Below, piece after piece: positions 1-12,230 of a DNA stretch of 64,000 bases. The notes under the pieces were generated by a model. It had not been told where the DNA came from and searched no databases. It saw nothing but the letters and a program-made list of their open reading frames with translations. How positions within the stretch are numbered: position 1 is the first letter of the stretch; each line of letters opens with the position of its first letter. The translations under genes were made by a program, and so were the position numbers. Source of the DNA: Octopus bimaculoides (lineage: Eukaryota); contig NC_068991.1 of the NCBI RefSeq assembly GCF_001194135.2, positions 77,195,817 to 77,259,816 on the forward strand, in the 5' to 3' direction.

Positions 1-1
1 C

Positions 2-241
2 ACCACTCGTTCATCATATGACAAGGAAGAAATTATGGTTGTTGAGAAAAGTGTATTAACTGATGAAGCAAACACAAAAAAAGAAAAAAATGAAAAATCT
101 CAAAAAAGGGAAAGTCGATATAATGCACCTAAAACAGGTGAGAAGCAACAACCTCCACAAAACAACAAAGATGTGACTCTTCAAAACAATAACAAAGATG
201 ATGAAGAGGAGGATGGAGACCTGAGATTCGATGCCCTTTAA
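2..241 (+). CDS. Candidate 3'-terminal coding exon of an unidentified gene extending left of the window
   Basis: Frame is open from the window edge (TTRSSYDKEEIMVVEKSVLTDEANTKKEKNEKSQKRESRYNAPKTGEKQQPPQNNKDVTLQNNNKDDEEEDGDLRFDAL*). It has 79 stop-free codons in AT-rich DNA, is not a microsatellite, and has a charged, disordered-tail composition. An AATAAA lies near 698. No family recognised. Confidence 0.5.
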   Translation, partial: TTRSSYDKEEIMVVEKSVLTDEANTKKEKNEKSQKRESRYNAPKTGEKQQPPQNNKDVTLQNNNKDDEEEDGDLRFDAL

Positions 242-485
242 AAATCAAATTAGACTTGTAAAATGTTATTGTTTGCTTGAAGCATTGTATATGGTATGTG
301 ACATTGAGAGAGATAGAAGACTAAACAATGCAAAATGGACTGGAAGATGAGGTGAGGAAATTTGAAAGTCAATTACCTGGTAATCTTTGTTTTGATTTTT
401 GTTTTTATATTGTTGTTACTGTTGGTTTTATATGTGTCCATGCACACACACACACGCACACACACACACGCGCACACACACATGA

Positions 486-550
486 CAGGGTTCTTTCAGT
501 TTTTGCCTATCAGATCCACTCACAATGCTGTGGTCAGCCAGGCACATATA
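486..550 (-). mobile_element. SINE family A fragment
   Basis: Reverse-complement match (ttctttcagttt...atccactcacaa...ggtcagcc) to the copies at 1733 and 2410. Confidence 0.55.
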
Positions 551-1732
551 AGACCAACAGGAACCACGATATAAAGACAAAAATCAAAACAAAGATTACC
601 AAGTAACTTACTTTTGATTTTTGTTACCTCATCTTCCAGTCCATTTTGCATTGTTTAGCCTTCTATCTCTTTCAACATCACAAAATACCCTAGGTATAAA
701 TAAAACCCCATTTTGTGGTGCTATGGATTTTCCAATGAAGTGAAAATAGCACAGCAACAATTAGGTTTTGAATGCAGGCAATATGCACAAGATAGATTGT
801 TAGTAAAAACAAAATTAAGACTGTTGAATGAATTTAAACTTTTCTTGAAAATGTTGGTATTTTTTTAACCCAAACCAACTCTAAAATAATTTTAACCTGT
901 GTTTATGAATAATACAAAGAATGGCAAGTGGATAAGTTGGGTTCTCTAACCCAAATGAGCCAGTAATTTTCCATGTTTATTACTGTTAATTATATCTTGT
1001 TTTAATAATTGTGTTTTATCATACCTTTTCTTTTTGTTATTTGTGCCTAAATATTTGTTCTTTAGAATTTTTTATTTGCCTTATAAGGTATTGCATAATG
1101 TCTTTCATCCCTTCTCTTGTCTTTGTATAACTTAACCATCTCACATTATCTTTGAAAAACCCCTTGTTAATGTCTCTTTTTGTATTTTTATCTTTTAAGT
1201 CCCTGTGGCTAATAAAGATAAGATTAATATTGTTGTGATTGTTGTTGTTGTTGAGTTTGGAGGTGAATGGACATGTCAACAAACAACACTGAGGAATATT
1301 CAAAACTTCTACATTTTTACATGGTGAAAAATAAATTGTTTTTTTTTCTCTTTATTGTTTTACTGAAAGAACTCTTTGAAATAGTTGAGTGCCAATCTCA
1401 TTTACCTTGCTGTGGAAAACAAAGGTGTTTGTCCTTGGATATTTTATACTTCATGTTTTGTAAGCATTTGTTAACTAGTTATTCCAGATGGTTCCTCCTT
1501 CTAAAGCTGTGGTAGGAGACCACAACAGCAGTGGTGCTAATCATGGCCGTAAGAAAAAAAGATTGGTAAAAACATTAACATGGAATTTTAGAAAGACAAA
1601 AGACAAAAAGAAAATGTAAATTCCATTTATACTGTCACATCTGCAAAAGACGAACAAGAAAATAATTAAAAAGAGATATTTGTATATGAACATATATAGG
1701 ACAAAATTTTAATAATAACTTTGCTAGCATAA

Positions 1733-1895
1733 GTGCAGGCATGGCTATGTGGTAAGAAGATTGCTTCCCAATCACATGGTCCTGGGTTCAGTCCCACTGT
1801 GTAACACCACAGGCAAGTGTCTTCTACTATAGCCTCAGGCTGATCAAAGCCTTATGAGTGGATTTGGTAGATGGAAACTGAAAGAAGCCTGTCTT
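1733..1895 (+). mobile_element. tRNA-derived SINE, family A (5' half)
   Basis: Pol III A-box-like tggctatgtgg and B-box-like gggttcagtccc, then ggcaagtgtcttctactatagcc...ggaaactgaaagaagcc and a (TA)n run. Homologous to 2410. Confidence 0.85.
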
Positions 1896-2409
1896 ATATA
1901 TATATATATATATAGATATAGATATATGTTTTTGTGTCTGTCACAAATAGAAGAGTTAACTTGTGTATTGAAAATGAAGGACAACACTTTCAACATCTTT
2001 TATAAAGTTTTTTAAAATCTTGTAAAGTCTAAAATATTCTTTTGTAGTCTTATACCATCGTATAAATATTTAGTTTGCAATAAAATACTTACTGCAGAGA
2101 GACCTTTTGAACACCCTGTATAATAGCAACACTAGAAACCTTCTAAAAATGTCTTACATTATGCAACAAATCAAGGAATGAATTTTATTTCACATTCCTA
2201 GAAGAGAAGATGGCAAGGTACAATGGAGTATCAAGAATGGTTTAAAAAAAAACACAATTATTAATCTTAGCCACTATCTTTTTTACCTACTAACTTTTGT
2301 GGAATTGGATAGCAAAAGAGGACATAAATCAATCATTACTGCAGCTACAAAATATTCTCAACAAATAATATATAATTTCAAATGGCTAAAATCTAAAGGT
2401 AATTTGCTA

Positions 2410-2552
2410 GGTGCAGGAGTGGCTGTGTAGTAAGAAGCTTGCTTCCCGGGTTCAGTCCCACTGTGTGGCACCTTGGGCAAGTGTCTTCTACTATTGCCTC
2501 GGGCTGACCAAAGCCTTTGGTAGATGGAAACTGAAAGAAGCCTGTTGTATAC

Positions 2553-2604
<52 letters not shown>

Positions 2605-2815
2605 ATGTTTGTGTGTCTGTGTTTGTCCTCCCAACATTGCTTGACAACCGATGTTGGTGTGTTTACGTCCCCGTAACTTAGTGGTTCAGCAAAAAAGACC
2701 AATAGAATAAGTACTAGGCTTACAAAGAATAAATCCTGGGGTCGATTTGCTCAACTAAAGGTGGTGCTCCAGCATGGCCACAGTCAAATGACTGAAACAA
2801 GTAAAAGAATAAAAT
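2410..2815 (+). mobile_element. tRNA-derived SINE, family A, full length
   Basis: tRNA-like head, internal (TA)/(TG)n, and a 3' half ending ggtgctccagcatggccacagtcaaatgactgaaacaagtaaaagaata. The same 3' half occurs at 13466 (minus) and 54085. Confidence 0.9.
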
Positions 2816-2989
2816 AATAGAAATGGCACACCCACCAATCATGATAGTAGACTTAAAATATTAACCCCCACATAGTTAATTTGTGATGCCCACCAAATAT
2901 CTATTTTTAAAAAATCTATTTCTGGTCTGGATTAAAATATTTAGCTCAAACAGGGCAGCAGATTAGTTGCCATAATCCCTGAGTACACT

Positions 2990-3420
2990 CAGAAGAACAC
3001 CCATTGTTTCTGTTGTATGTATTACAACGTTGCATCTGTTGATTGTTCAAAACACGACAACATATTGTGTCACAACATCCAAAATTAGCTTTCATTAAAA
3101 TTTCTCTTATACTTCTATGAACTTCTGTCTATCCTCAGAAAACAGCAATATGAAAACCATACGGAATTTTAGCATGCAAGTGTATCACCTGGTAGTGAAG
3201 AACAAAAATCTGATATCATATTTGACAAAAATAACAATAATGTGTTAATAATTGAAACAACAATAGAATGAGTACAATGTTGTGTAGAAGCGAGGGGAAA
3301 AATTGGCAATTATGCTGACATAGCCATTGTGTTGAAAACATCATGGTATGCAAAAAATATATCTGTTACTTCATCTATAATTGGTGTAAACGGAATGATA
3401 TACAATTGCTTTTGAAAAGA
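2990..3420 (+). mobile_element. Highly decayed C-terminus of a restriction-like-endonuclease (RLE) non-LTR retrotransposon (R4/NeSL/CRE-type)
   Basis: Ordered motif remnants: ...CSKHDNIL (RHD-like), QKSDIIFDKNNNNVLIIETT (PD..D...IIEV-like), EARGKIGNY (A..K..KY-like), IIGVNGMI (VIG..G-like). Many stops and frameshifts. Confidence 0.35.
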
Positions 3421-3555
3421 CATTGACAGGTTACTATGAATATTTGGCAAAGGCAAGTTCCAGAAAATCACAGTATTTGGTTCTATAAATCTTTAACATT
3501 CTCTGGAAATATTTGTTGATTTAGATGTTTCTATGCATGTTTATCATAATTTAGG

Positions 3556-3700
3556 TGCACAGGCATGACTGTGTATTTAAGAAGTTTGCTTCATAGTTAC
3601 ATGGCTTAGAGTTCAAACTCACTGTGTGGCATCTTGGGGAAGTGTCTTCTTCCATATCTTCTCATTGACCAAAGCTTTTTGAGTCAACAGAAACTGTGCA
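3556..3700 (+). mobile_element. SINE family A, degenerate
   Basis: Diverged match to the 1733/2410 head (caggcatgactgtg...gagttcaaactcactgtgtggcatcttggggaagtgtcttc). Confidence 0.65.
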
Positions 3701-4030
3701 GAGACAGTTGGAGGGAGCATTCTTTTTTGGGGGCAGTAGACTTAAGCTGCCATCCAGTTTGACCATCGGGTACTTTCAGTCAAGTTCACTCTATCAGAAG
3801 CTTTGTGGTCAGATCTCTGTTCCTCGGATAATTTCCTCTTTTCCGATCACCCATTTTGAAGGTTTTGAAACGGGTCATAATTACTGTCCTTCTTCCTATC
3901 TTATAAACACTGGTAAAGAGAACCACAGCAGGATTTTAACTTGAGTGTAACAGGTATATTACAGGTCTTATTCATCACAGTTTTCAAATAATAATGAGGC
4001 TGATGCTGATAACAACAACAGCGATTTCTT

Positions 4031-4072
<42 letters not shown>

Positions 4073-4320
4073 GTTTAACGTCCGCTTTCCATGCTAGCAT
4101 GGGTTGGACGATTTGACTGAGGACTGGTGAAAACCAGATGGCTACACCAGGCTCCAATCTGATTTGGCAGAGTTTCTACAGCTGGATGCCCTTCCTAACG
4201 CCAACCACTCAGAGAGTGTAGTAGGTGCTTTTACGTGTCACCCACACGAAGGCCAGTCAGGTGGTACTGGCAACGGCCATGCTCAAACTGGGGTATTTTA
4301 TGTGCCACCTGCACAAGGGG
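4031..4320 (-). mobile_element. SINE/non-autonomous retroposon family B with (GAT)n tail
   Basis: On the minus strand it ends ...aacccatgctagcatggaaagcggacgttaaac(gat)n. Nearly identical to 15348-15530; the core gctggatgcccttcctaacgccaaccac recurs more than 10 times in the window. Confidence 0.9.
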
Positions 4321-4424
4321 CACTGAAAACCACAAATTACATGAAATATAGAGTATTGCCAATATATATTGACCTGAGTAAGAAGAAAAGACAAAACTAC
4401 TTTTGAGGGATTTGAACTCAGGAA

Positions 4425-4485
4425 GTTCGACTCACACCAGCGTAGAAAATGGACGTTAAATTATGATGATGATGATGATGATGAT
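4425..4485 (+). mobile_element. Family B 3'-end fragment
   Basis: ccagcgtagaaaatggacgttaaattat(gat)n. Confidence 0.6.
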
Positions 4486-5792
4486 TGTGAAGAGTTAAAA
4501 CATCAGTCGCTGTCAATCTCCTGCTATTATTTCTTCCAATCCATCCATCACAAATGAATATAGTCATCATACAAAGGATCTGGATTAATTATTATTTTTC
4601 TGTGGATTCTGTCTCCTGTCCTTTGTATCATTCAGTTTTTAGTTTTCATATTTATTTTTTAAACCTTTTGTTTTGTTTATGTCACAGGGAAACATTAGTG
4701 AAACAATTTTAATCACTGCATAGTTTTGATATGCTGGTATCAGTCTGAACTTAATATTATTCACACCATTTCAATGTTGTGACTAGTTTTCCTTCTCCCA
4801 TCACTGCTTCTTTTATAAATTAAACTCATTTATTAGAAGACAACATCTTTATAGAAGAAACCATAAATAGAAGAAGTTTTTATTCAAAGTGGATGTAGTA
4901 ATTGTGATGATTATGATGATGACAAAATGTTTGTTGTGTTAGTATAGGTAATTTGTTGATGGTTAGAATGGAATAGCAGAAATGGTAATATCACAGATGA
5001 AAGTGTTGCGGTGGTCATAGTGTTGGTAGTTTGGGATTACGATAGAATCACTTGTAGTTAAGATATTTTGAAGAGTGGCACCTCAAGTCATAGTTTCAGC
5101 TGAAATACATAGCAGTTTGGATTGGAAAGAAACTGAGAGCTGTAAAGGAGCTTTACAGAAATATATTTCCTTTTGACGAAAACAACAAAGTCAAATGAAA
5201 TTTAGAAAATATTTGCCAATAATCCATCGTTATTTGCCAGTCAAGCAGGAGTTGAGGAGAGGAAAAAAAAAAAAAGTGTACTGTCAGAAGTTTACTTGGT
5301 GCAAGGGAGGTAATTAAGAGAGCATGTGCATCTCGGTTTTGTTTAGGTTAAGTGATCAGGTTTGGTATTGAAAACTTATTGTAATAATTTCAACCCCTTT
5401 TCCTTTTCATATCCCTCTCATATCTTACTTAGTTTTCGTTTTATTCGCTGTCATCTTTTTTCACATTTATTAAGAACAGAGCATTTAAGTGAAACTTATT
5501 TCTATCTAGTTTAAAATTAGCAAATATTTACTCCTCTCACAAAACAAGGAGCCATTCAGCTTATACCGAACATGAGTTTCTATAGCGTTAACTATACAAA
5601 ACACATTCGCGCCCACTGGAGACAGGATCTTAACCTATAATATGTATATACAGTATTTAAACAGCTCAATTGTTATTCTCATTTTATTTAGCATAAAATG
5701 AATTATATATTAGTTTCCATCTTCCAGAGTGTTACTTTATCAATTGAATTAATGTATATGCTAAACACCAGCTGGTACTTTATGTAACCCTT

Positions 5793-5832
<40 letters not shown>

Positions 5833-5974
5833 GATTATGCATCTGCGTATATACATATATGTGTATACGTATGCATACGTGTGTATATGTAATTATATGT
5901 GTGTACGAGTGCATATACATGTATATGTGTGTGCATGCTCATTGCATACATCCACGCACCTCCCGACACCACCA

Positions 5975-6580
5975 CACCTCATCGTTTTCTCCATCATTTT
6001 CGCATCTGTTTTTCCATGCTTTCACAGGTCAGTAGAGACTTCACTGAAACAGTTTTGTTTCTCCTGTGGCCGGATGCCCTTCCTGACACCCACCCTATTA
6101 ATACTGATGCTCCAATCAAGGTAATAATTCTACCTGGCTATCAAATAATAAACAGCCTGTACTTGCTTTCATAGAGTACTGCAAACAAATGACACTTTAC
6201 ATGAATAGCAACATTTTTGCTTGCAATCAGCACATGCCAGGACAAGGGGAATATACACTCAGCCACACACACACACACACACATAGTATATATGTATGGC
6301 AGGCTTCTTCTAGTTTCCTTCTGCTAAATTTCACTCACAAGGTATTGGTCAACTTCCAGAGTAGCAGAAATCCCCAGTGGGACCAAACTCTTGTGCAAAC
6401 AAGAAGTTATGCTTATGTTTATTAATATACATAAATGCATATGTATGTGGATATTAATATATATGTATAATGTGTGTGTGTGTGTGTTTGTTTCCTGTTT
6501 TACCATGCCAGCATGAGTTAGATGTTTATATGATAGAGGCATTGTTTTACAGCTGGATGTCCTTTCAATACTAACCCTTA
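5975..6580 (-). mobile_element. Cluster of degenerate SINE fragments (B about 5975-6110, A about 6295-6410, B about 6480-6580) with (TG)/(CA)n
   Basis: Recognisable motifs ggatgcccttcctgacaccacc, ggcttcttctagtttcc...actcacaagg, and cagctggatgtcctttc. Confidence 0.55.
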
Positions 6581-7479
6581 CATATGTATGCATATGTATG
6601 CATGTGTACATAAATGTGTATACACATCCACACATGCATATACACCCACACACCTCACGCACTCATCTATGAAGATACAGGTGATTGAAAAATACTTTTA
6701 GCATTAATATAAACTAGTTAACAACTGAGATTAATTAGGCTTCTTAATGTATGTTTCTCCATCTCCATTACGCCTCTCACCTTCCCACAGCTTTCGTCCA
6801 TTACTCCACTGCATTCATTTGACCCCCACCAACCCCACTCATTTGTTGACTCTCTTTGCTCAGAGATTTCAGGAAAGCTTGTCTATTGTCCTGTCATACA
6901 TACTGCCAGGTACCCAGACCACTCCAGGCAGTTGAACAGGATTACCACCAGTATTTGACATTTTTAGGACCGTGTATATTCTCTGATCTTTTGATAATGA
7001 CATCTAATTATAACAGAGAAAGAAATAATTAAAATATTTTGATATTTCTATGCAGCCAAAACTACAGGAACTTCCTGTTCAGTCTAAAGTGAATATCATG
7101 AAATCTTAATAGTTCCAACTTGAATTCATCTTTAGACAAAATGTAATTTTTATTGTCTATTTTGAAGGCTTCAATGTAATTCTTATCTCGTTTCAATCAA
7201 ATCGAATGATAACTGGTATTCACTCTGATGTCTACTTCCTGTTTCCATCTTTAAATCAATTCATTTCTTTGTTTTTTTCCATTTTTTAAAAGCCACACTC
7301 ATTAATTTTCATAGAGTTGTTGAATTATTTTTCTGATTTAGTTGTTGATTTGCAAGAATTTTTGAATAAACATTCCTAATTGTGACATTATTTTCTTTTC
7401 TTAAAAAGCTCTTCACATTTCTGTTTTAAACATTTAGGATTTTGAGTCATCTGCATTGATTTTATTTTTTTTCTTTTAG

Positions 7480-7567
7480 TTAATTTTGTTCATGTTTGTG
7501 GAAATTTGGGTGAGATTTCTAGCAAACTGAGTGACCACACCGTGGACTCTCCTGTTGCAAACGACAG
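7480..7567 (+). other. Candidate 88-nt exon (unverified)
   Basis: Strong acceptor (ttttattttttttcttttag) and donor (cag|gtgagg). One open frame, xNFVHVCGNLGEISSKLSDHTVDSPVAND. No family recognised. Confidence 0.3.
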
Positions 7568-8186
7568 GTGAGGGTACTGCAATTTCTTGCTGAACAGAGC
7601 CTGCACAAATAACTTGTTTGTTGTGATCAAACATATGTGCTGCACAATTAGTCCACTCCTGCCATCAACCAACATTACCTGTACAGGTGCACAGAGTACC
7701 ACATGTGGCTTTTTACATACCACTGTCATGGGAGCCAGTCAGGTGGCACTGGCATCAGCCACATTCGGATGGTTCTTATTTGCATATTTTTAGAATGACA
7801 TTGTAGGGTAGGTGTGAGAGTTTGAATCTGTTCAGTTTGAACATAAAACAGGTAGAATATTTGTGCTGGGTTTGGCCAGATTAAATCCTAGAGTCAGACT
7901 CTCTATAGACATGCCCTGACTTAGATTCATTTGGAATATTATTATTTTGATGTTATTATCTTTATGACAAGGATGATATGATTTTTTGCAGTATTCTAAT
8001 ATGTTCCAATGCTGATGAGAATGTATGATACAATATGATACCTTCCACACAGAGGAATGTTGCTGGCATTGCATCTTTTCTCATTCTTGTTTTGACACAT
8101 AATTTTGTGTTGTTTTTTCCGCTTTTGCATTTCTGTTAATTTTTTTTGCTTAGGCTGTGCATTAACTCCAAATACTAACCCTATAA

Positions 8187-9850
8187 ATGTGCTCAATGTG
8201 CATAAAATTGAATCCCCTGTTGGTAGTAAAAAATAAAGAAAATGTAGTCAATTTGGAAACAAATTTAGCAACAACAGCCCAACACAAAGGAGGACAATCA
8301 GTCTCACTGCTTGCACACTCTATCAGTTTGTCCCAGTCAATGATCTTTACCACCCTAAAAGATAAGTACCGTATCAGTGATGCAGTGAAGGCATCTGTAT
8401 CCATTGAATCTACAATCATAACCAAAAGAGATCTAGGATAATTGAGGAAATGGAAACATTTTTAGTCAGATGGATGAAGGACTAAATTCAAAACCTAGAA
8501 AACTGCTCGACCTTTTAACTATACAGACTAAATGCTGAAAGAACACACGCCCACAATCCCTCTAACACAAACTTTTGTAGCAAGTCATGGATGGTTTGAG
8601 CTTTACAAAAAACATCATAATTTCCACCATGTAAAGGTAAGTAGCGAGGCAGCAAGTGTTGATAGAGAAGGTGCAGCTGCATTTAAAGAAATCCTGCATG
8701 ATATTATTGTGAGTAAAAAATATTTGCCAGAACGAATGTTTAATGTGTATGAAACTGGCAGGTAATGGAGGTGCATGCATGAACGTTTCTGCTTTCATGG
8801 AGAGGCAAAAACTATGCCAGGTTTCAAGGCATTTAAAGATCACGTAACTCTTCTTAAGGAAATGTGGGCTGAAAGCACATGCTGTTTGTTACCTACCACC
8901 ACAACTAGAATGCATGGATGGCTGTATGAGTCTTTGAAAATTTGCCTCTGAATAGTTTTGTTCATCAGATAAAGAACTCTGTAATAAGGAGAAAATTGCA
9001 TTCAAAATTTTATTAATTTTCTGATAATGCTCTAAATCAGTGACAGCATCTCAGTGACTTGAATCTGAATATAAAGGTAATGTACTACCTCAAAATATGA
9101 CACCACCAGTTCAGGCCATGGATTAAAGGGCTTTGTACATTTTCAAAGCATATTACCAGCAAATAACTATTGTTAAGTTGATTGATGTGAAAGTTCACTG
9201 CACTTCACATTGTGATTCTTGGAAATGGTGTAATTACTAACATTGTTAAAGAATATGAGGGAGTCACAAGCAAATGCGTAAATGGCATCTGGAAAAATCT
9301 TTTGAAAGCATATGTAAACACCTTCAGTAGAATTTATAAAGACAGCATTGTGAGTGACATTCACAAAAAATTGTAATGTTTGGAAAACAGCTTTGACCTT
9401 GAAGTGAATGACGATAATGAAAAATTGTCAGAGTCGATAAAGAAGAGCAGTGAAGAGGAGGAGACAGATTATGATAGAAGAAGATACATGAAGAAAATTT
9501 ACAACTAGAAGGTGGGCAGAAGGATTCTCTGCACTTGATAAGGCAATGTAAATATTTGAGGATTTGGTTGTTAATTTTAAACATTACTCACAGGTTCAGA
9601 GGTAAGTTGAGGAACCTTTGTCTTGATAAGAATGAAAAGAAGAAGCATCCAGTTGAATCTACACTGGGTATGTTTTTTTAAAAGAATTTCTCCCTTTTGT
9701 GTATCTTCTGGGCCTGCACTATTTGTTACTGGACCCTGTGCTTTCTGCAAGTTGATGACTCTGATAGCCCCTTTTCTCTAACCTCTTCTCCATTTTCCTC
9801 TGCATCTCCATCATTCTCAAGTTCTGTGCATATTCAACCAACTAAATCAC
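8187..9850 (+). mobile_element. Decayed pogo/Tigger (TIGD1-like) DNA transposon covering almost the whole transposase
   Basis: Collinear motifs: N-terminal HTH (NLETNL...GGQSVS.LAHSISLSQS.I.TTLKDK.RI..AVK...STIITKR..G.IEEME), CENP-B HTH (FVASHGWF..YKK.....KVSSEAASVD.E.A), DDE start (YLPERMFNVYETG...ERF...EAKTMPGFKAFKDHVTLL), VQAMD..A...FKAYY, CVNGIWKNL, and C-terminal EKKKHPVESTLGMFFK. Multiple stops and frameshifts. Confidence 0.85.
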
Positions 9851-10034
9851 ATCTTGGTTTTGATTTTTGTTTTTCATGTTTTGTATTGTATATAAGGTTT
9901 CATTTTAACTTATGAAAGGACTTATGATATATTATTGGTCTCTAACTCAACTGTAACTTTGTGCATGTCTCTGTGTGTTTGTCTAAATGTACAACTGGAA
10001 CACTTGTTGTAACCAATAGAAAGCTAGGTCATAT

Positions 10035-10083
<49 letters not shown>

Positions 10084-10531
10084 CATACAAAGACATGCAT
10101 GTACTCACACATATACATACATTCACACATACACACATATCTGCACATATACGTATATATGTATATATACATGTACATGCCCGAATACATATATATGCAT
10201 TTACATGTTATACCCATCACCCCCAAGAAGAAGTTAGTATAGATTCATGTTGGTCAGTTAATTCTGATTGGTTAATGAAATTTTGAATTATTTTGTTTAC
10301 TCCATAGCATTTCAAGGAAAGTATATTTGCTTTTAACAGTTTATATGTATATAACAAAGTAAAGTTGTAAGGTACTGCACAAGTGGAAATATATATGAAA
10401 GAAGGTTTGAAAATGTAATTTTAAAGATGTTTATACACTTGACTGGTTTCACTCTTTTAGAAAAAGATTGTCAAAAGTACAATGTAAAGCTTTGTATGAG
10501 CTTTGTTGTGTTAAGTGCTGGTTATCACAAA

Positions 10532-11033
10532 AGTATTAAAATACAGTTATACATTCTTTGATAATAATAAGAAAATGTTAAAAACAATTTACAAGAAAGT
10601 ATTTAAGAAAGTAATCAGAATAGGACTCCAAAAAGCATTTTGAGTTCAATAAAAATCATATTTGTTGGGGACTGGTCTTAGAGGTCAGAATGGTGTGAGT
10701 GTGTGTGTCTCTCTGTTCACGTCTGTGTGTGTGTGTGTGTGTATACATGTGCTTGTGTTTTATATTTGGTAGGATGGTGTGTGTGTATATGTGTGCACGT
10801 TTGTGTGTGTGATTAGAATTTGTCAGGATGTTATTCCTCTACAATGTTTTGTAAATTCTTAAATATATCTCCTTCTGTCTATATATATACTACCAAACAA
10901 ACATGATTTTTATTGAACTCAAAATGCTTTTTGGAGTCCCGTTCTGATTACTTTCTTAAAAACTTTCTTGTAAACTGTTTTTAACATTTTCTTATTATTA
11001 TTATCAAAGAATGTATAACTGTATTTTAATACT
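10532..11033. repeat. Inverted repeat: about 128-bp arms (10532-10659 / 10903-11033) with a 243-bp spacer; foldback/MITE-like
   Basis: The right arm is the reverse complement of the left, with about 3 substitutions and 2 small indels. It runs into the N-gap. Confidence 0.9.
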
Positions 11034-11562
11034 NNNNNNNNNNNNNNNNNNNNNNNNNNNNNNNNNNNNNNNNNNNNNNNNNNNNNNNNNNNNNNNNNNN
11101 NNNNNNNNNNNNNNNNNNNNNNNNNNNNNNNNNNNNNNNNNNNNNNNNNNNNNNNNNNNNNNNNNNNNNNNNNNNNNNNNNNNNNNNNNNNNNNNNNNNN
11201 NNNNNNNNNNNNNNNNNNNNNNNNNNNNNNNNNNNNNNNNNNNNNNNNNNNNNNNNNNNNNNNNNNNNNNNNNNNNNNNNNNNNNNNNNNNNNNNNNNNN
11301 NNNNNNNNNNNNNNNNNNNNNNNNNNNNNNNNNNNNNNNNNNNNNNNNNNNNNNNNNNNNNNNNNNNNNNNNNNNNNNNNNNNNNNNNNNNNNNNNNNNN
11401 NNNNNNNNNNNNNNNNNNNNNNNNNNNNNNNNNNNNNNNNNNNNNNNNNNNNNNNNNNNNNNNNNNNNNNNNNNNNNNNNNNNNNNNNNNNNNNNNNNNN
11501 NNNNNNNNNNNNNNNNNNNNNNNNNNNNNNNNNNNNNNNNNNNNNNNNNNNNNNNNNNNNNN
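11034..11562. other. Assembly gap
   Basis: N run. Confidence 1.
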
Positions 11563-11884
11563 CAATATATTCACACCTTTACCCCATGGCTCCATACACT
11601 CTTGCTGCTTCTATACAACTTCCCTTTCTGTTCTCCCCCCCCCCCACCTCACAGAACCCATCTTGGTACCTTGTCTCCACCCTCTTTATTTTTCTTTCAA
11701 ACTCTACACTGATTACTCTCAACCAGAAGTCATTTATTTCCTCAGCAGCAGGAATTCTGATCTGGCCACTTTCTTCATACTCTGTCATGTCATCATCACC
11801 ACTTAAGCATTAATCTGCCTTCTCTCTCTAGCCCCACTCAGTAGATGGTGATCTTAGTTTTGGTGAGCTGCATGGTAACCTTAT

Positions 11885-12075
11885 TAGTACTGGCACAATG
11901 AAAAATTGCATCTAGCACAGTCTGTAAAGTGGTTGGCAATAGGAAGGGCATCCAACCATAGAAACTATGCCAAAATAGACATTGGAGCTCTGTGCAGCCC
12001 TCTAACCATCCAACTCATGCCAGCATAAAAGACAGCCATTAAAAGATGGTGGTGGTGGTGGTGGTGGCGGTGGTG
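11885..12075 (+). mobile_element. Family B, diverged, with (GGT)n tail
   Basis: gtggttggcaataggaagggcatccaaccatagaaac...ccaactcatgccagcat. Confidence 0.75.
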
Positions 12076-12188
12076 ATGTGGTGTAAAAGTCCTGTTTGCA
12101 GTTTGATACTGTTTCATCCTACTAAGAACAAATGTACCAAGAAAATTTGTTTTTAATGAGAGTCGACTCTTAGAGTGCCACAACTAGG

Positions 12189-12230
12189 TGAGTCAATCTT
12201 GTGTCCTGCTGAGTCAATCTTGTGTCCTGC
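12189..12230. repeat. Perfect 21-bp tandem duplication
   Basis: (tgagtcaatcttgtgtcctgc) x2. Confidence 0.9.

Noticed and set aside
1733-1810. tRNA gene-like A/B boxes (also at other SINE heads)
   Set aside because: No complete cloverleaf. The boxes run directly into the SINE body shared by many copies.
6747-6960. Candidate exon after a pyrimidine tract (LSSITPLHSFDPHQPHSFVDSLCSEISGKLVYCPV...)
   Set aside because: Weak donor and two equally open frames. It resembles decayed LINE 3' sequence and cannot be supported.
9594-9667. Apparent + strand exon (FRGKLRNLCLDKNEKKKHPVESTL) with good splice sites, phase-compatible with 7480-7567
   Set aside because: The same frame continues GMFFK and matches the Tigger transposase C-terminus in collinear position, so it is explained by the transposon.
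11011-11712. Long ORFs spanning N runs (also at 48.2-48.8, 53.4-54.2 and 62.4-63.1 kb)
   Set aside because: Their length comes from X residues in assembly gaps.
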